From Fistulifera solaris (Eukaryota), in contig AP026144.1 of the NCBI GenBank assembly GCA_030295235.1, positions 744,001 to 808,000 of the forward strand: a stretch of DNA of 64,000 nt, in the 5' to 3' direction. The position numbers and the translations under genes were made by a program. The notes under the pieces were generated by a model. That model searched no databases, was not told the origin of the DNA, and was given only the letters and a program-made list of their open reading frames with translations. Below, piece by piece: positions 1-12,805 of the stretch. How positions within the stretch are numbered: the stretch's first letter is position 1; each line of letters begins with the position of its first letter.

Positions 1-58
1 GGAGTTTGTGGAGATCTTGGACATAGTCGGCGATGATCTTCTGAGCTCTTGTCTATGA
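1..58 (+). CDS. 3' end of a small HRRS-motif family gene (copy of the 13966-14355 gene), truncated by the window start
   Basis: Reads EFVEILDIVGDDLLSSCL*, nearly identical to the C-terminus of ORF 13966..14433(-). Confidence 0.75.
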   Translation, partial: EFVEILDIVGDDLLSSCL

Positions 59-575
59 GATACGGACAAGACCCACGTTCACGATGGGGCACTATATCTC
101 TAGAGAATGCAAATAAAAACGTTAATACACAAGATAAAAGCATTTTACTGTAAGTAGATTCGCATTAGTATCAAAAGCTTTAGAGAGAGCACTCACGCTT
201 GACCTCTAGAAATTCATTCGAGGAGAAGTACATTCATTCAAAGCTCTTATCCTCTTGTGGTAATTGAGCATGAAGAAACTTCTTTTGCAGTGAATCTGCC
301 CAGAAGCGAACTATGATGAGTCGAATGACTCGCCGATCCGAAGCAAAGCCCGCACTGGCTTTGCCCAAGACCTTTCCCCCCTTCGTCCACTTCACCTTGG
401 TCATGATTGTCGTCTTGGCTCTCTTTGGATGTCTTGCTAAAGCGCTGCAGCAATTTAGGTCCACCGAGAGATTTCATGCGGTTAAGCCAGATCTGTAAAA
501 CTTCCTTTGAAATGATTCCATCGGACACTATATTTTGTATCGTAAAACCGCCCTGCCTCATAAATGCTAAACTCT
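1..575. repeat. Left arm of an inverted segmental duplication (partner 13450-14023)
   Basis: The reverse complement matches 13450-14023 with only scattered substitutions and a G6/G5 homopolymer difference. Confidence 0.95.
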
Positions 576-1083
576 TTTCAAAGTCAATTTCGTCGGACCC
601 TCTCCCATCATCAGGATAACCAGTCATATCGAAGAAAGCTACTTGCTCGACAACAGCACAGAGGACTACCCCGAATGCGGAGTGAATGTTATACTTCTGT
701 CGAACCTCGTCCATAATTTCGTTTCTTGCTAGCTGAAAATGCCGTCTCCAGAAAGAAGCGCCTTGATCATGACACCATTGTACAAATTCCTCTTCGTGCG
801 TGTCCCAAAACTCTTTGTAAGAAGACATGTCTGCTTTTAACTTTTGTCGCAACCGCACCCTGTCCGACCAAACTTGATCACGGAGATCAGGAGGCCAGGG
901 ACTGTCATCGAGGGCCTTAATTTCCGCGTTCGCTTGATCTGTCTCCAAATCGGTCAAGGCCGTGATGAGATCGGCAGTGCCATTAGGAAGAAAATGCACA
1001 AAACCGCAACAAGCACACGATCCACCGGATACATAATCAAACAAGACACGATCGGTCAACCATTCGTCAGTGTATCGAGGCAT
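234..1083 (-). CDS. Hypothetical protein with a GGSCACCGF Cys motif; 1-nt frameshift at about 376-381
   Basis: Long ORF with ATG at 1083. The probable true C-terminus (FASDRRVIRLIIVRFWADSLQKKF...FE*) is in frame in the duplicate at 13464-13790, which has G5 where this copy has G6. Confidence 0.75.
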
Positions 1084-1655
1084 CACAGAAATTTCTATCG
1101 TTCGCGCTTTCTTATCATTCGTTTCCGGCTGTCTTCTCACTCAAGTGGACTGGAAGGTAGGATATCAAAGATTCGTCGAACAAAGTGAGTTGCTGAGCAA
1201 AGTTGCGCAAAAATTTGCAATTTCTTCGCGCATCTCCATCACTTTGATCTCCGACTCCAACGGCCCGCTGTTTTTGCGGTGACCAAAACGCAACTTGAAA
1301 GAAATTAAAAGGGAGAAAATATGATACTACTTCATAAGTTATAGTTTCGAGGGTTTTCCTTTCACAAAGCCAATTTCCTAATAGTAGTAATTCACTATAG
1401 ACTATGCAGTATAATGAACTTTTCGTGTCTTTTATCTATAAAACGTGAAATCGCGGGGCGTCCTCGTCCACCCTGAAATATATTTTCGAACGGACGGCTC
1501 AACGCGACTTTTACACGTTTGTTTGGAAATATTTCATTTTGCTTCACAAACTCCACCCTCCAACTGCGACAGATCGATGCAATCGCAACGAAGCAACCTC
1601 TGTTCTGACTCATATCGTCTACAATTGTACATTACAGCATCGATACCGCAACACC

Positions 1656-4189
1656 ATGATATCCAGACAAGTAGTCTTGACTGCCGTCATGGCATTTACA
1701 TTCCATCGCGTTGTCGGATTAGAATTTCGGCAAACAGTCCGTGCATGCGACAATTCGCCGGGTACTATTGGGTACAGCCGCATTTCCGACATGAATATTG
1801 ACATTGATCGCGAGTTAGGAGCGATTGCGGGTGGTAAGACGCCTGATGCCACGTATCTATTTATTCTTTGTCCCGACACCCAGTTCGACGTTGAAGACAC
1901 ACCGCTCAATCCGATGCTGGATAATTCCATTTTTGCTTGTGGTGATACTGGTAAAGCGACCGGATGTGTCTTTAAAGGAGGAGCAATTCAAGTGAATGTG
2001 CCGCGCTCCAAGAAAGGAGGCCACAATATGCAGGCCGTTAGCTTCCTGGGAGTGACCTTCCAAGGATTTTCTCAGGCAGCTATTAGCGGGGATGCTGGAT
2101 CCACTACAGAAGTTACATTGTCTCATGTCAAGTTTTCGGTATGTCTCTGGACTTGTTATTGAATTTCGCTTGTCCTTCTCTTGTACTAATCGATTTTATC
2201 AAAGAACTATAACGCCATGTGTGCAGTCCAGCAACAAACTAAAGATGGCACGGAACCATTCGGCTTGATGGGACAGGAGATCACAATAAGTAAAGCAGTT
2301 GGCGGTGTAGGCTTCTTGAACGTTGGAGGCGCTCTTAGTCTGGACGGGCTATATATCTCTAGCTGCGACTTGGTCGGAGCTGTTTCAACTGGGAGCTCCT
2401 CTGGGGGAAGTGTTGGTGTGACTATGGTTAAAAAGGCAGTTGTCACGACAAGTTCGATTCAGGTGAGTCTGCAACAACGATGCGCGCAAACTACTTTGGA
2501 TTTAGACTAAACCATCATCACAATCGCCGTTTCGCATCAGGATGTTTTCTCGGCCGTAGAAGCGTCTAGGATGAACGCAGTTAGCGTGAAAGTCAACAAC
2601 ATGAAAAGGATGGCCAATGTTTTTAATGTAGAAGGAAACAGCATGGCAACGCTAGAAAACATCGACATCGCAAACAACGACTTTCAAAAATCAACCCCAT
2701 TCCTCTTGTGGACTGGTGTTAATGTTCGCGACAACTCCATGGCTTCAGTTGCAAACTTCATCATTCGCGAATCAACCAATGTGCAAAACATGGTGTCTGC
2801 TAAGTCTTACAGTATGGTGAATGTCCAAAACTCCATAGCAAATGATCTCTTTGGAGGGCGTGAAGCGGTATGTGCCTCTTTGTATCGATTGCGAAACAAA
2901 CCTTGAACTCATCTAAACTTCGTCACTTTTACAGGACACAAACGAAATCAGTGCCCTCTTCTTCGCCAGTGAAAATTCCGATCTTATCATCGAAAGAACC
3001 GACACTGAAAATATTGAGCTTTTTACGGTATGTAAATTAATCATGGCCACGACCAGATTTTTGTTTTTTCGAGACTCTGACACTGTGACTATAGTCCATT
3101 GCATTTGCCAGCAAGACAAGCAGCATTCAATATCGTGAATCGTGCGTAGGATCGGGAGCGACCCAAGCAGCGATTTTTGTTGATGCCAACTCTACGTATG
3201 TAACTGCAATGAACTACATTGATCCATCATTTTCGACATCAGATTGCGGGGAAGGAAATACCCGAGTATCTAAGGAAAGGCCCGGGCAAACTTGTTTTCA
3301 GTCTCCATTTCAATCATGTGACGTCAATTGTGAGCCAGGATTTGATCGGCGTACTTGTCTAAGAGCTATTGTTGCCAGGCAAGTGGGCAATGAAACGGAG
3401 ACGTCGCCAACAATCCCGGTAAACGTCACTTCGCCAACGATCCCGGTCAATGTCACTGAACCAACTGCTGCTCCGTCTCTTACTATCGTAAGCGCAGCTC
3501 CATCCGCTGCAACGACCTCAGTACCTTCATCACCTGAGAGTCCAGCACCCACATCCATTGTCACGCCGCCTCCCGTGGTTGCGTCTACTACAGCGCCTAC
3601 GGCAGCCCCAGTTGTCACGGCCACGGGAGCGCCGACCGCTGCCCCTGTGGTTACTGCAACGGGAACGCCAACAGCTGCACCGGTTGCTACGACCACTTCC
3701 ACACCAACAGCTGCCCCGGTTGTAACGGCTACCGGTTCACCGACAGCTGCCCCGATTGTAACGGCTACCGGTTCACCGACAGCTACCTTAACAGCGGCCC
3801 CAACCCCTCGTCGAACACAGCAACCATCGGCTGCTCCTCTACCGCGCCCAACAACACTTTCTCCAACCCAAGAAAGAGAAACAGCCAAACCCACAATTTT
3901 CCCCACACAAAGCTCTAGTAAGGTTTGCATAGAATGGGGAAAGTGGGTAAAACGAGAGCATCGGACGAAAGGGAAAGGGGCACATATATACTACGCATTC
4001 GATGAGAATATTTGTGTTAACTATGAATCATCAGGTGAATTTTTCGGCGAGGCTGTCGTGACTCCCGCGCATCAAAAGTACTTTCCCAGTAAGCTATCAC
4101 GGAGTTCGAAAGGAAAGAAATCCAGCAAGAACTCGAAGAAATCAAATAGCAAAAAGAGCTCCGAGCATAAGAGTTCACGACCACCGTGA
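1656..4189 (+). CDS. Secreted multi-exon protein: Cys-containing LCPDT N-domain, beta-helix-like middle, PT/TA mucin-like stalk, Lys/Ser-rich tail
   Basis: Exons 1656-2138, 2205-2462, 2541-2867, 2935-3027 and 3095-4189, all joined in frame by GT..AG introns. It has an N-terminal hydrophobic signal and is a paralog of 4863-7084. Confidence 0.8.
3593..3800 (+). repeat. Coding tandem repeat, about 36 bp (PTAAPVVTATG[S/T/A]) x5-6
   Basis: Visible in the translation and in the DNA (acagctgccccg..gtaacggctaccggttcaccg). Confidence 0.85.
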
Positions 4190-4862
4190 CAATTACAGGA
4201 GGAGGAAACGACCAACCTCAATATGGATAAAGAATGAGATTTAGATCATTCCATCCGTAGTTGCCGGGCGTCTCGGCCGGCTCTACTTTTTCTGATTAGT
4301 AACGTAGTGTAGCGATAACTTTGGTTTTATTTTTCATACTTCCTATTGCTACACAATTCGCATTACTTCGAAGGTACACTGACAAGAATTCAACATGAAT
4401 TTAGAGACCCGAATCTTTGCTGTTTTCATGTTGGTTTCACTGAATTCAAGGACACAAACAGTAGCTACTAATTTCAGCTCTAAGCTTGGACCAGAGGCCC
4501 GTCGTGGTGTTAGTTTGCTTTGCATTTCGTCATACACCCGTTGAGGAGAATAAGATAGTTAAATGACACAAAATAGATATCAGTGATTAGCCACTGACGT
4601 ATGTATCTTAGCCCCATCCTATTGCTTCCGGTAGGCTAGAGGCTACTGATAACAATTAGCTAGTAGCTAGTGAGCGATGTCTGTCCATCTATCCTTATCT
4701 TGGATGGAAAGTGTTCAAAGTTCAAAGATAACGGTTCCGTTATTTACGTGCGTTGAGGAGATTTTTCGCCATCACATTTTTGTTTCAGAACACAACACAA
4801 CCATCGAGCCGGAAACACAAGAAGAACCTGAATTATAGCACCTTAAAAAGGTTTAGAGCACC

Positions 4863-7084
4863 ATGAGCACGGCAATACATGCCTTGTTGGGCTTTTCTGT
4901 AATCATATCGCGTGCGTATGCACAATCCGCAGCACCATGTCCTCGTGATAGCTCAATCACAGGTTACTCGTCCATAGATGTGCTAAACAGCGACATGGAG
5001 AGCGAATTGCAGAATATACAGGCAGGATCGGCTCCAGCTGAGGAATACATTTTTCTATTATGTCCAGATACTGTATTCGACACGACAACAACGCCTCTAC
5101 GACCAGTTCTAAACAACGCAGTGTTTATTTGCGGGGAAAGCGGAAAAAGATCGGATGGTTGTACTTTTATCGGAGGGTCTGAACAAATAAGATTTGAAGA
5201 TAGCGCAATAGAAGGATATGTTTTGCAATCAATGAGCTTTATGGGGTTATCTTTCGCCGATTTTGAGGGGAATACTGATTTAACGGGGGCGTCGATAGGA
5301 GCATATGCATCAGCTCTATTGACAGCAACTTTTTCGGATGTGGCGTTTACGGTACGTGTCTCTTGTGTACCTCTCGTCCATCACGATAAATTATGCTAAC
5401 GCCATGTATCGCAGGACTTTGAAAGCGACTTTGTGGTTCGACAAACAGCAGGATTCAGCACTGAACCACCTATGAACATCGAGATGCGTGATGTGACAGT
5501 CACTGGCGGAACTGCTGGAGTTCTTTTCGACAATGACGGAGGTGTTTTCAGGCTAGAAGGTGCTTCAGTAACCGATGTTACCAGTGCGGCTCTTATTGCT
5601 ACAGCGAATTCCGGAAGTTCATTTTTGCAGGATAGTTCCGTTTTGGAGAGCTCTCTTAATTCTGTCACCTTTACAACAGCAACGGGATCCACGTCGGTGA
5701 TAAATACTAAAGTGACAGACATGGTGCTGGTTGATGACGCATTCTATGTAGAAGGTGATGGTAGCAGCCTTTCGATGTCCGACGTCGAAGTGAGCGGAAC
5801 GCAGGTAAACGCCCCGTTGTCATGGACTGCCGTCGCGGTCCAGTCACAAGCCACCGCAACCCTAGAAAAGGTGACAATAGCTGGCAACGAAGGGCTCGAA
5901 TTTGGGCTTGGTGCAACACTGGGTGGTGTGATATCAATGAAAGACTCCGTAATCGAAAACAACCAGGGCGTGGTAAGTCATGCATGGATTAGTGCCCATT
6001 CTCTCATGAAGTAACACTGACTTTCGCTCTTTCAGCAGCCCCTCAATCGAACTTCAGCACCCCTTTTCGGCATATCGGATTCAGAGATTACAGTAGAAAG
6101 AAGTCAATTTACGGGAAATGAGGGATTCACGGTAGGCCTTTTCTTGTTGCTCGTTCATCGATCCATGTTTTTTTCGGTCTAACACCTTTCGCCTCACCGG
6201 AACGGACAGGCTGTTGGTGTGTTTTTGCTTCGAAGCAATATTATTCTATCGACCAGCTGTATTCAAAATGGGTCTTCCGAATTTGTTATATCCGTGGACT
6301 CAACATCCACCTTCACTATGGATACGAACTTTTTAGAGAACTACCAGTCCGAACAGTGTGACATTGGTGCTAGGCTTTTTAAAGAAACAGACGGATCTGG
6401 TTGTTTTGTTGGATCGGGTACTTGTGAAGGTACTTGCGAAGTCCTTGCGGATCAAACAGAATGCAGAATCGAAGCCCTGGAACCGACGGCTTCGCCCACG
6501 GCAACTGCGCCGGTAGCAACGACTGTTTCTCCCTCACCTCGTCCGAGTAGTGAACTAACGCAACAACCCACCATGGCACCTCTCGTGGAAAGAACTCTTT
6601 GCCATCAACAGATGCACCGACCTTTATCTCCACGGTGTCTGACGAACCAACCTTCATGGGAAGCGACGAACTCTCATCCGTGCCAACGGAGATAATATTG
6701 ACGTCTCCTCCGTCGATCGAAATGGAAGAAGAAGAAATAAGCGGGAAAAGCAAGAAGAGTAGCAAAAAGGGAAAGAAGGAAAGCAAGGGTAGTAAAAGTG
6801 GCAAGAGTAGCCATAGCGGAAAGGGTAGTGCGAGTGGCAAAGGCAGCAAAAGCGGTAAAAAGAGCAAGAGCGGCAAAGGCGGTAAAGGCTCCGAAGGAAA
6901 ACACACCAAATTACCCGCACTGGCAGTTACGATGAGTCCTACTGGCTTGCCATCAAGTAGTCCATCGACCACTGTCGAACAAGAAAGATCCGCAAATCTG
7001 GGCTTCACCCGACAGGTCGTAGGAAGACGGCAGTGGCGCAAGTTTCTGCAGGACGTGGCACAAAGGGACGAATCCTCCTCATGA
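4863..7084 (+). CDS. Secreted paralog of the 1656-4189 protein with a KxxK/GKS-rich tail; frameshift near 6580-6600
   Basis: Exons 4863-5351, 5415-5972, 6036-6131 and 6210-7084. It has a signal peptide and shares GYS.I..(L/M)N.D...EL..I..G..P...Y.F.LCPDT.FD....PL.P.L.N..F.CG..G and equivalent intron positions with its paralog. Confidence 0.8.
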
Positions 7085-7560
7085 GTACCTGGTATAGTGG
7101 GTTAGAAACATATCTCCAGCACTTGTACGCAATAGAAATTCACAAACTGTAAACATTTATAGCCTCAGTTAATCAGACTAAGAACATCTAGAAAGGATAC
7201 GGGGTTGCCATCCATTTTTTAGCCCTGATTATAGATGATTATGTGAATGGCTGTTATCAAATGACGCCGGTAATTCGTGTCTAAAACGAACAAGCAACAA
7301 GCAGTAAACCATTTAAGTAGTTAGGGATACCGGTACGATTGCAAATAGGTTTTGCAAACTCTTTTCCCAAACGCTGCAAGTGCAAGAGGTGCGCCGCGAA
7401 AAGTGCGCCTTGTTGCATGTTTTTCTTCAACACGCAGCAGTTTTGACAGAACGAGAAACGAACTTTAGTGATAATAAACGATTTACTTCAGGATCATAAA
7501 GAGCAAAGGAGACCAGATCCTTTCATTTTCTTTGCTACAAAGTATTCTGTACGATATACC

Positions 7561-8970
7561 ATGGAGACTAATAATGCCGATGAAAACGATGAATGCAATC
7601 TCGACAACACTCTCATTGAAAGTTTATTCTACAACGAGATGATGCTGATGGAAGAATCACCGTCACTTCTTTTGTCGATATTGTCGGCAGATGGAACTCC
7701 CTCTGTAGATACTAATACGTTGATGGGGACTTCATTATGGGGTCAATTAGGTTCACCGAGTCAGCCGCCCGTGCCGCAGCCAGCGCACGTCCCGCAGTAT
7801 TCTCACCAGCAACAGGCACAACAGGAAGCACCGAAATTGGAAGCAACACTGGCCACTCCGAATCCCTTGGTACCGATCTCAGGGGTGATGAGTTATCAGA
7901 ATGCTGGAGGTGTTGCCGTAGCGCCTCTTTCGGTTTCGGAACCCCTGGTATCGCAGGCGCAAGTACCAGCCTCAACAGCAAAGCCAAGTACGATCGATGA
8001 GGCAGAGAAACGCAAGAAACTGGTTTCTCAGTTCGCCACCATGGCGTCTCGATTGGGTATTCACTTGCCACCACAAGTATTGCGTGCATCTATGGAAGGC
8101 CGACAAGTCGCTGTTCCAGCCGTAGCCACACCCACGGGAGACTCCGCATCGAGGGTTCAACCGGCTTCTCCCTTTCCTGTGACCTCCGGCAACACAGCAT
8201 CATTGCAGCCGATTGTACAGGAACTTCAGTCGACGGCGGAAGCCGCCATTGCTGCGGTATCGAAGAAACACCCTTTAGAAGAGAATGCCTCATCCGCCAA
8301 ACAACCCACGTATTCCAAACGCCGCAAAAAGGCCAGTTTAGGAGAATGCGAGCGCCGATTGGCTTCCTTACAAGCCGAGAACAATTTACTCAAACGTCAC
8401 TTGCACAACATTGCCAACAAATCGGCAGCTCTCCAGACGGAACAGAAAGCCGCGGAAGCCCAAATCCGTCATTTATGGAGAAGTAACGCGACCCAGCAGC
8501 AATTGGATGCGGCTGTGAACAATCTCACCGAACTATATTCGGATTATGGGAAACGTCGACAAGATGAACTTTCGTTTCATTTGGAGCAACTACGACGACT
8601 GGCAAATCCCACCAACGTGACGAAAATGGGTTTATGGGCACTGGGACAGCAGTCCGTTTTGAAAAAGAATCCCATTGCCGGTATGCTGCAAAAGGAACTC
8701 GACATTACCTCACAACAAGGTCGTAAAATAGTCGAGCAGCGGGAAAAGATTCGTCACGTGTCGTCGAACTTGAAAGAATGTTTGGATTTATTGGGTAAGC
8801 TGCAAACGTTATGTGAAAAGAAGACGAACATTTTTCATGATCGCTTGTCGAAGTGCCGGGAAATCTTGACACCACGACAAGTAGTGAAACTGATTCTATG
8901 GATTCATGATCACGCACAAGTCCTCGAGAATGTTTGTCCTGGATGGGGATCCGAGACACTGCATTCCTAA
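7561..8970 (+). CDS. bZIP-like transcription factor
   Basis: Basic region KRRKK followed by the heptad Leu repeat LGECERRLASLQAENNLLKRHL. Q/P-rich N-terminus and a helical C-terminal domain (ILTPRQVVKLILWI). Confidence 0.7.
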   Translation: METNNADENDECNLDNTLIESLFYNEMMLMEESPSLLLSILSADGTPSVDTNTLMGTSLWGQLGSPSQPPVPQPAHVPQYSHQQQAQQEAPKLEATLATPNPLVPISGVMSYQNAGGVAVAPLSVSEPLVSQAQVPASTAKPSTIDEAEKRKKLVSQFATMASRLGIHLPPQVLRASMEGRQVAVPAVATPTGDSASRVQPASPFPVTSGNTASLQPIVQELQSTAEAAIAAVSKKHPLEENASSAKQPTYSKRRKKASLGECERRLASLQAENNLLKRHLHNIANKSAALQTEQKAAEAQIRHLWRSNATQQQLDAAVNNLTELYSDYGKRRQDELSFHLEQLRRLANPTNVTKMGLWALGQQSVLKKNPIAGMLQKELDITSQQGRKIVEQREKIRHVSSNLKECLDLLGKLQTLCEKKTNIFHDRLSKCREILTPRQVVKLILWIHDHAQVLENVCPGWGSETLHS

Positions 8971-9764
8971 AGAAAGATTGACGGGCTTTCCAGCACAAGA
9001 TCGATGGTAATTTTAAGTTTAGTAGTTGCCTCAATAAGTAGTAATTTTGGACATAAATTAAGTCGCCTATGGTTTATTTGCCTAATGCATCCAGTTCCTC
9101 TCCCTAGAGAGCAGCACCATAAACTCATAACTCAGAAAGGGTCGAGGCTGAAAAATGACAAACGCACGCACTTCCAATTTTCCCTCCATTTTCGAAGAAA
9201 AGTGACGCACACTCTATAACGTGTGATTGTCCGTTATCCTGACAAACGCAAGAAAGAAAAGAAAATGCTTTATCCATTGTAATGTACAGAAAAGACTGTT
9301 TTTTCCGTTCATATACGGCACGCTTGCAACGGAAAACGATGTAAGAACCATTTTACAATTTTCCTTATAGAATCAAGGAATACATTCCGCGCGAGCGGAC
9401 TGTGGGCTGAGATTGTCTTCCGTTTGACTTCCTCCACGGTGCAGCAAGTGTGTCTCTTCCGGACCAATAGTATCCAGGCCATTCAAATTCAACTCGTCAA
9501 CTTGTAACACAACAACTCTTTGGATAGACAATAACCATTTGTCAGTTAATCGTTAGATTTCACTGTAACTAGTTGAAGCACCCCTTCTGCTTTGGATAAC
9601 GAATCGCGCGTACGAAGAATTTTCTGATAGTTGCTTGACACCCCAACCGTCAAGAACGTTTTAAAACATCCATCGAAAGACAGCTTGACAGCCAGAACTG
9701 CTAACCGTTTGTTTTCGGTAGTCAAAAACGTTCCTCTTCCCGCCTTACAACAATTCTCATAACG

Positions 9765-11317
9765 ATGAAGTTTTCAGTCTTCGTTTACCTGCTGTGTGCA
9801 CCTATGATGGCGAATGCCTTTCAAACTTCAACTACGAAGCCATCACTGAATCCGGCGTCCTCGTCGGCGTTATTCGGTATCAAGAAGAAGAAGAGCGACC
9901 TTACCACGCAAGTTCCGGCTTTAAATCGTCACGCACCCCGTAAAATCTGTTTAATGGTAGAACCTACTCCCTTTACTCATGTCTCTGGATATGCGAACCG
10001 ATTCAAAGAGATGTTAAAATTTATGAAAAAGGCCGGCGACGATGTCGAAGTCTTGACCGTCGATTCTAAGACTCCGGCAGCCAAGCTGCCCACGGATTTT
10101 AAAGGCTATCCCATTCAACACACGCAAGGGTTCACCTTTCCCTTATACAATCATATTTCCCTCACTGTAGATTTGCCCGAAATGAAGGGTGCTCGCATTT
10201 TGGAAGAAAAGCAAGTCGACTTGATCCACGTCACGTCTCCCGGGTTCATGCTCTTTGCGGCTATTTTCTACGCCCGGGTGATGTGCACCCTCTGGTGATG
10301 AGTTATCACACACATCTTCCGACCTACGGTACGTTACTGTTATGCAATCATGCAAAAAGGCGTTTATACTATTTTCTGACCAAACGCTTTTGCTCAGGTA
10401 AAAACTACCTAGGCTTTATTCCAGGCATTGAGAATCTTTGCTGGGAAGCATTGCGCTGGGCGCATTCGCGAGCTGACTTGACTTTGGTGACGTCCCCACA
10501 AATGCAAGATGAGTTGCGCAAGAACGGCATCCCGCGTGTGGATGTGTGGCGCAAGGGTATTGACACGGAGCGCTTCGATCCAGCATTTAAAAGTCTGGAA
10601 ATGCGTCAGAGAATGTCGAATGGCAATCCCGATGATTTCTTGATGGTGTATGTGGGACGATTGGGGGCCGAAAAGCGACTCAAGGATATCAAAGCGATGC
10701 AAGAAAAGTTGGGACCCAAAGCTCGACTATGCATTGTCGGTACCGGACCGCAGAAGGAGGAGCTAGAAGAGTTCTTTGACGGTACTAACACTGTATTTAT
10801 GGGGCAACTGTCGGGAGATGAATTGTCTCAAGCATTTGCATCAGCGGATGTGTTTGTCATGCCTTCCGATTCCGAGACTCTTGGATTTGTCGTACTCGAA
10901 AGTATGGCCAGTGGTGTTCCAGTTGTGGGTGCTGCAGCTGGTGGTATTCCCGACTTGATCGATAACGAGCAAACAGGATACTTGTGCGAACCTGGCAACA
11001 CCGAAGACTTTGTGAAGCGTTTGCGTGCTCTGCAGGATCCGGAACATCGCACGGCCATGGGCAAGGCGGCTCGCGCGGAAGCCGAGAAATGGGGCTGGGA
11101 GGCAGCAACTTCTTATTTGCGAAATGTTCAGTATGAAAAAGCGCTAATCAACTTTCACAGTCGTGCCTTTGGCGGATTTGGTCGACCTCGTACGGCTGGC
11201 ATGTGGCGATTGTTAGGATGGCGCATCCGGCACATTTTCCGAAGAGCTGTCCGCTCTCCGGTCACCTTATTGTCTTCTCTGCAAAGGCGCTGGTGTCAGT
11301 TGCGTGGAGTGGTTTAA
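9765..11317 (+). CDS. SQD2: Sulfoquinovosyltransferase (SQDG synthase, GT4), plastid-targeted
   Basis: Motifs VEPTPFTHVSGYANRF, SYHTHLP, DVWRKGIDTERF, YVGRLGAEKRL and ADVFVMPSDSETLGFVVLESMASG; ANAF bipartite presequence; intron 10329-10397; 1-nt frameshift at about 10290. Confidence 0.92.
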
Positions 11318-11392
11318 GAGTACCACGACGCAGATCTTTTGTTTGTGATTAATACTCCATATTTATATGCGTTCCACGTATTCATTGTAGAA

Positions 11393-11896
11393 CTATGTGC
11401 ATGTTTTCCACGCCATGAGAACAGACTGCGTCATGGACAACCATGATACTGAATCTGTAATTAGGTTAGGTCGGTTTCCTTCGAGCCACATGTGTCCTAC
11501 GCCGATTTGAATCGTCCACGATAATATCCAAAGAAGAAGAACCCATGCCCGTCGACGATTCTTCATCTTGTCGTCGGCAAACGCGAGCGACGCCACTCCC
11601 ACCGCGATCGAGTAAAGAGCGGCAGCACCAGTAACCCATGTGAAGGGCCCTAATATCCACGTCACTAAAGCAATCGTTCCATGCACTGCGTACCATAAAT
11701 GATGCCAGGAGATGGACGAGAAACGTCGAAGGAGGGCGCTCTGAAGTAAGAACGAAATAAGCAGAATGTATGATCCGTATTCGATAGGAATCAAAGCACA
11801 ATGAAGATATTGATTCCACATATTTTTATGAGCCCTTTCGTACTGCTCCACGTCGATGGCATGTTGCATTCGTAAGGATTCTATCCATGATGGCAT
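11393..11896 (-). CDS. DUF962/Mpo1-like (2-hydroxy fatty acid dioxygenase family) membrane protein
   Basis: Motifs YERAH.N.WNQYLHC..IP and QIGVGH..LEGNRP; several transmembrane segments. Confidence 0.8.
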   Translation of the reverse strand: MPSWIESLRMQHAIDVEQYERAHKNMWNQYLHCALIPIEYGSYILLISFLLQSALLRRFSSISWHHLWYAVHGTIALVTWILGPFTWVTGAAALYSIAVGVASLAFADDKMKNRRRAWVLLLWILSWTIQIGVGHMWLEGNRPNLITDSVSWLSMTQSVLMAWKTCT

Positions 11897-12391
11897 GTTT
11901 TTTCTTTCTCAAATTGCGCAGCAACAAAAGACCTGCTCTCTCCTAACTAATGACTTATTTTCCTCTTTGTGCGTCTTGCCCTTTGGTATCGTGATGATCT
12001 AATATGTATCAGATGTAAAGCAAACGAATAACGATATCGGAGGATTTGATTCAATCGTTTTCGAGGTCGAGGAATGGGTGCTTTGTGCGCACTCCGGGTA
12101 CGGTACCAGTACCCAAACTCCCAGTATTTGGTTTCGTAAACATACCAGGACGGTGCGGGAAATTGTGTACTTTCGCGTAGGCCCCAGTAGAGAAATGTAC
12201 CAAGCAGAGGTGCGTTCCCGTGTCTCCCAGGCACTGCCTTGCTATTCGTGAATGACAAGAAGTACAAGTACTATGGCATATTTTCACTTTAAGATTTTAG
12301 TTCACCTCTTTTTATGAGATTCATTCATTCATTGATGCAGCTGGATATGATGCCACGAAATAGACACAGATTTCAAACACCGGACGTTGCC

Positions 12392-12805
12392 TCAGCAATC
12401 CGCAAGATGCAGCCCATCGCAGGCCCTGGTAACAAGCTCCAAAACCTCGTCCTCCGTCACAGCCAACGAGTGATGGTGTTGCTGATGCATGGTACTACTT
12501 TCTGCAATGTCATCATGAATGATGCAACTCAGTTCACTCCAATCAGTCGCACTGGTTCGTTGAAGCAATTGCGGGCGATTAAACTCGCGCTGTTCTTCAT
12601 TCACCTCAACACTGGACTCATGCGCCTTGTTCTCTATGATCGGTTCCAAAATGGTGAAGAAATCATAGCTTCGAGACTTGGGGACTAGACGATGACGAAG
12701 GATGCATCGGGTCTCTCGGTTGCCGATAATGATCGAAGAATCATCAATAGAGGAGCGATCGCTCTGCTTGTTTGCGCCAATTGCAGAGAGCAGGGGGTAC
12801 ATCAT
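12392..12805 (-). CDS. Small HRRS-motif family protein (paralog)
   Basis: MYPLLSAIGANKQSD..., LQRTSATDW and HHHSLAV align with the 13966-14355 protein. Confidence 0.75.
   Translation of the reverse strand: MMYPLLSAIGANKQSDRSSIDDSSIIIGNRETRCILRHRLVPKSRSYDFFTILEPIIENKAHESSVEVNEEQREFNRPQLLQRTSATDWSELSCIIHDDIAESSTMHQQHHHSLAVTEDEVLELVTRACDGLHLADC

Noticed and set aside
3310..3930. Minus-strand Gly/Ala/Val-rich ORF
   Set aside because: It is the antisense of the PT/TA repeat stalk.
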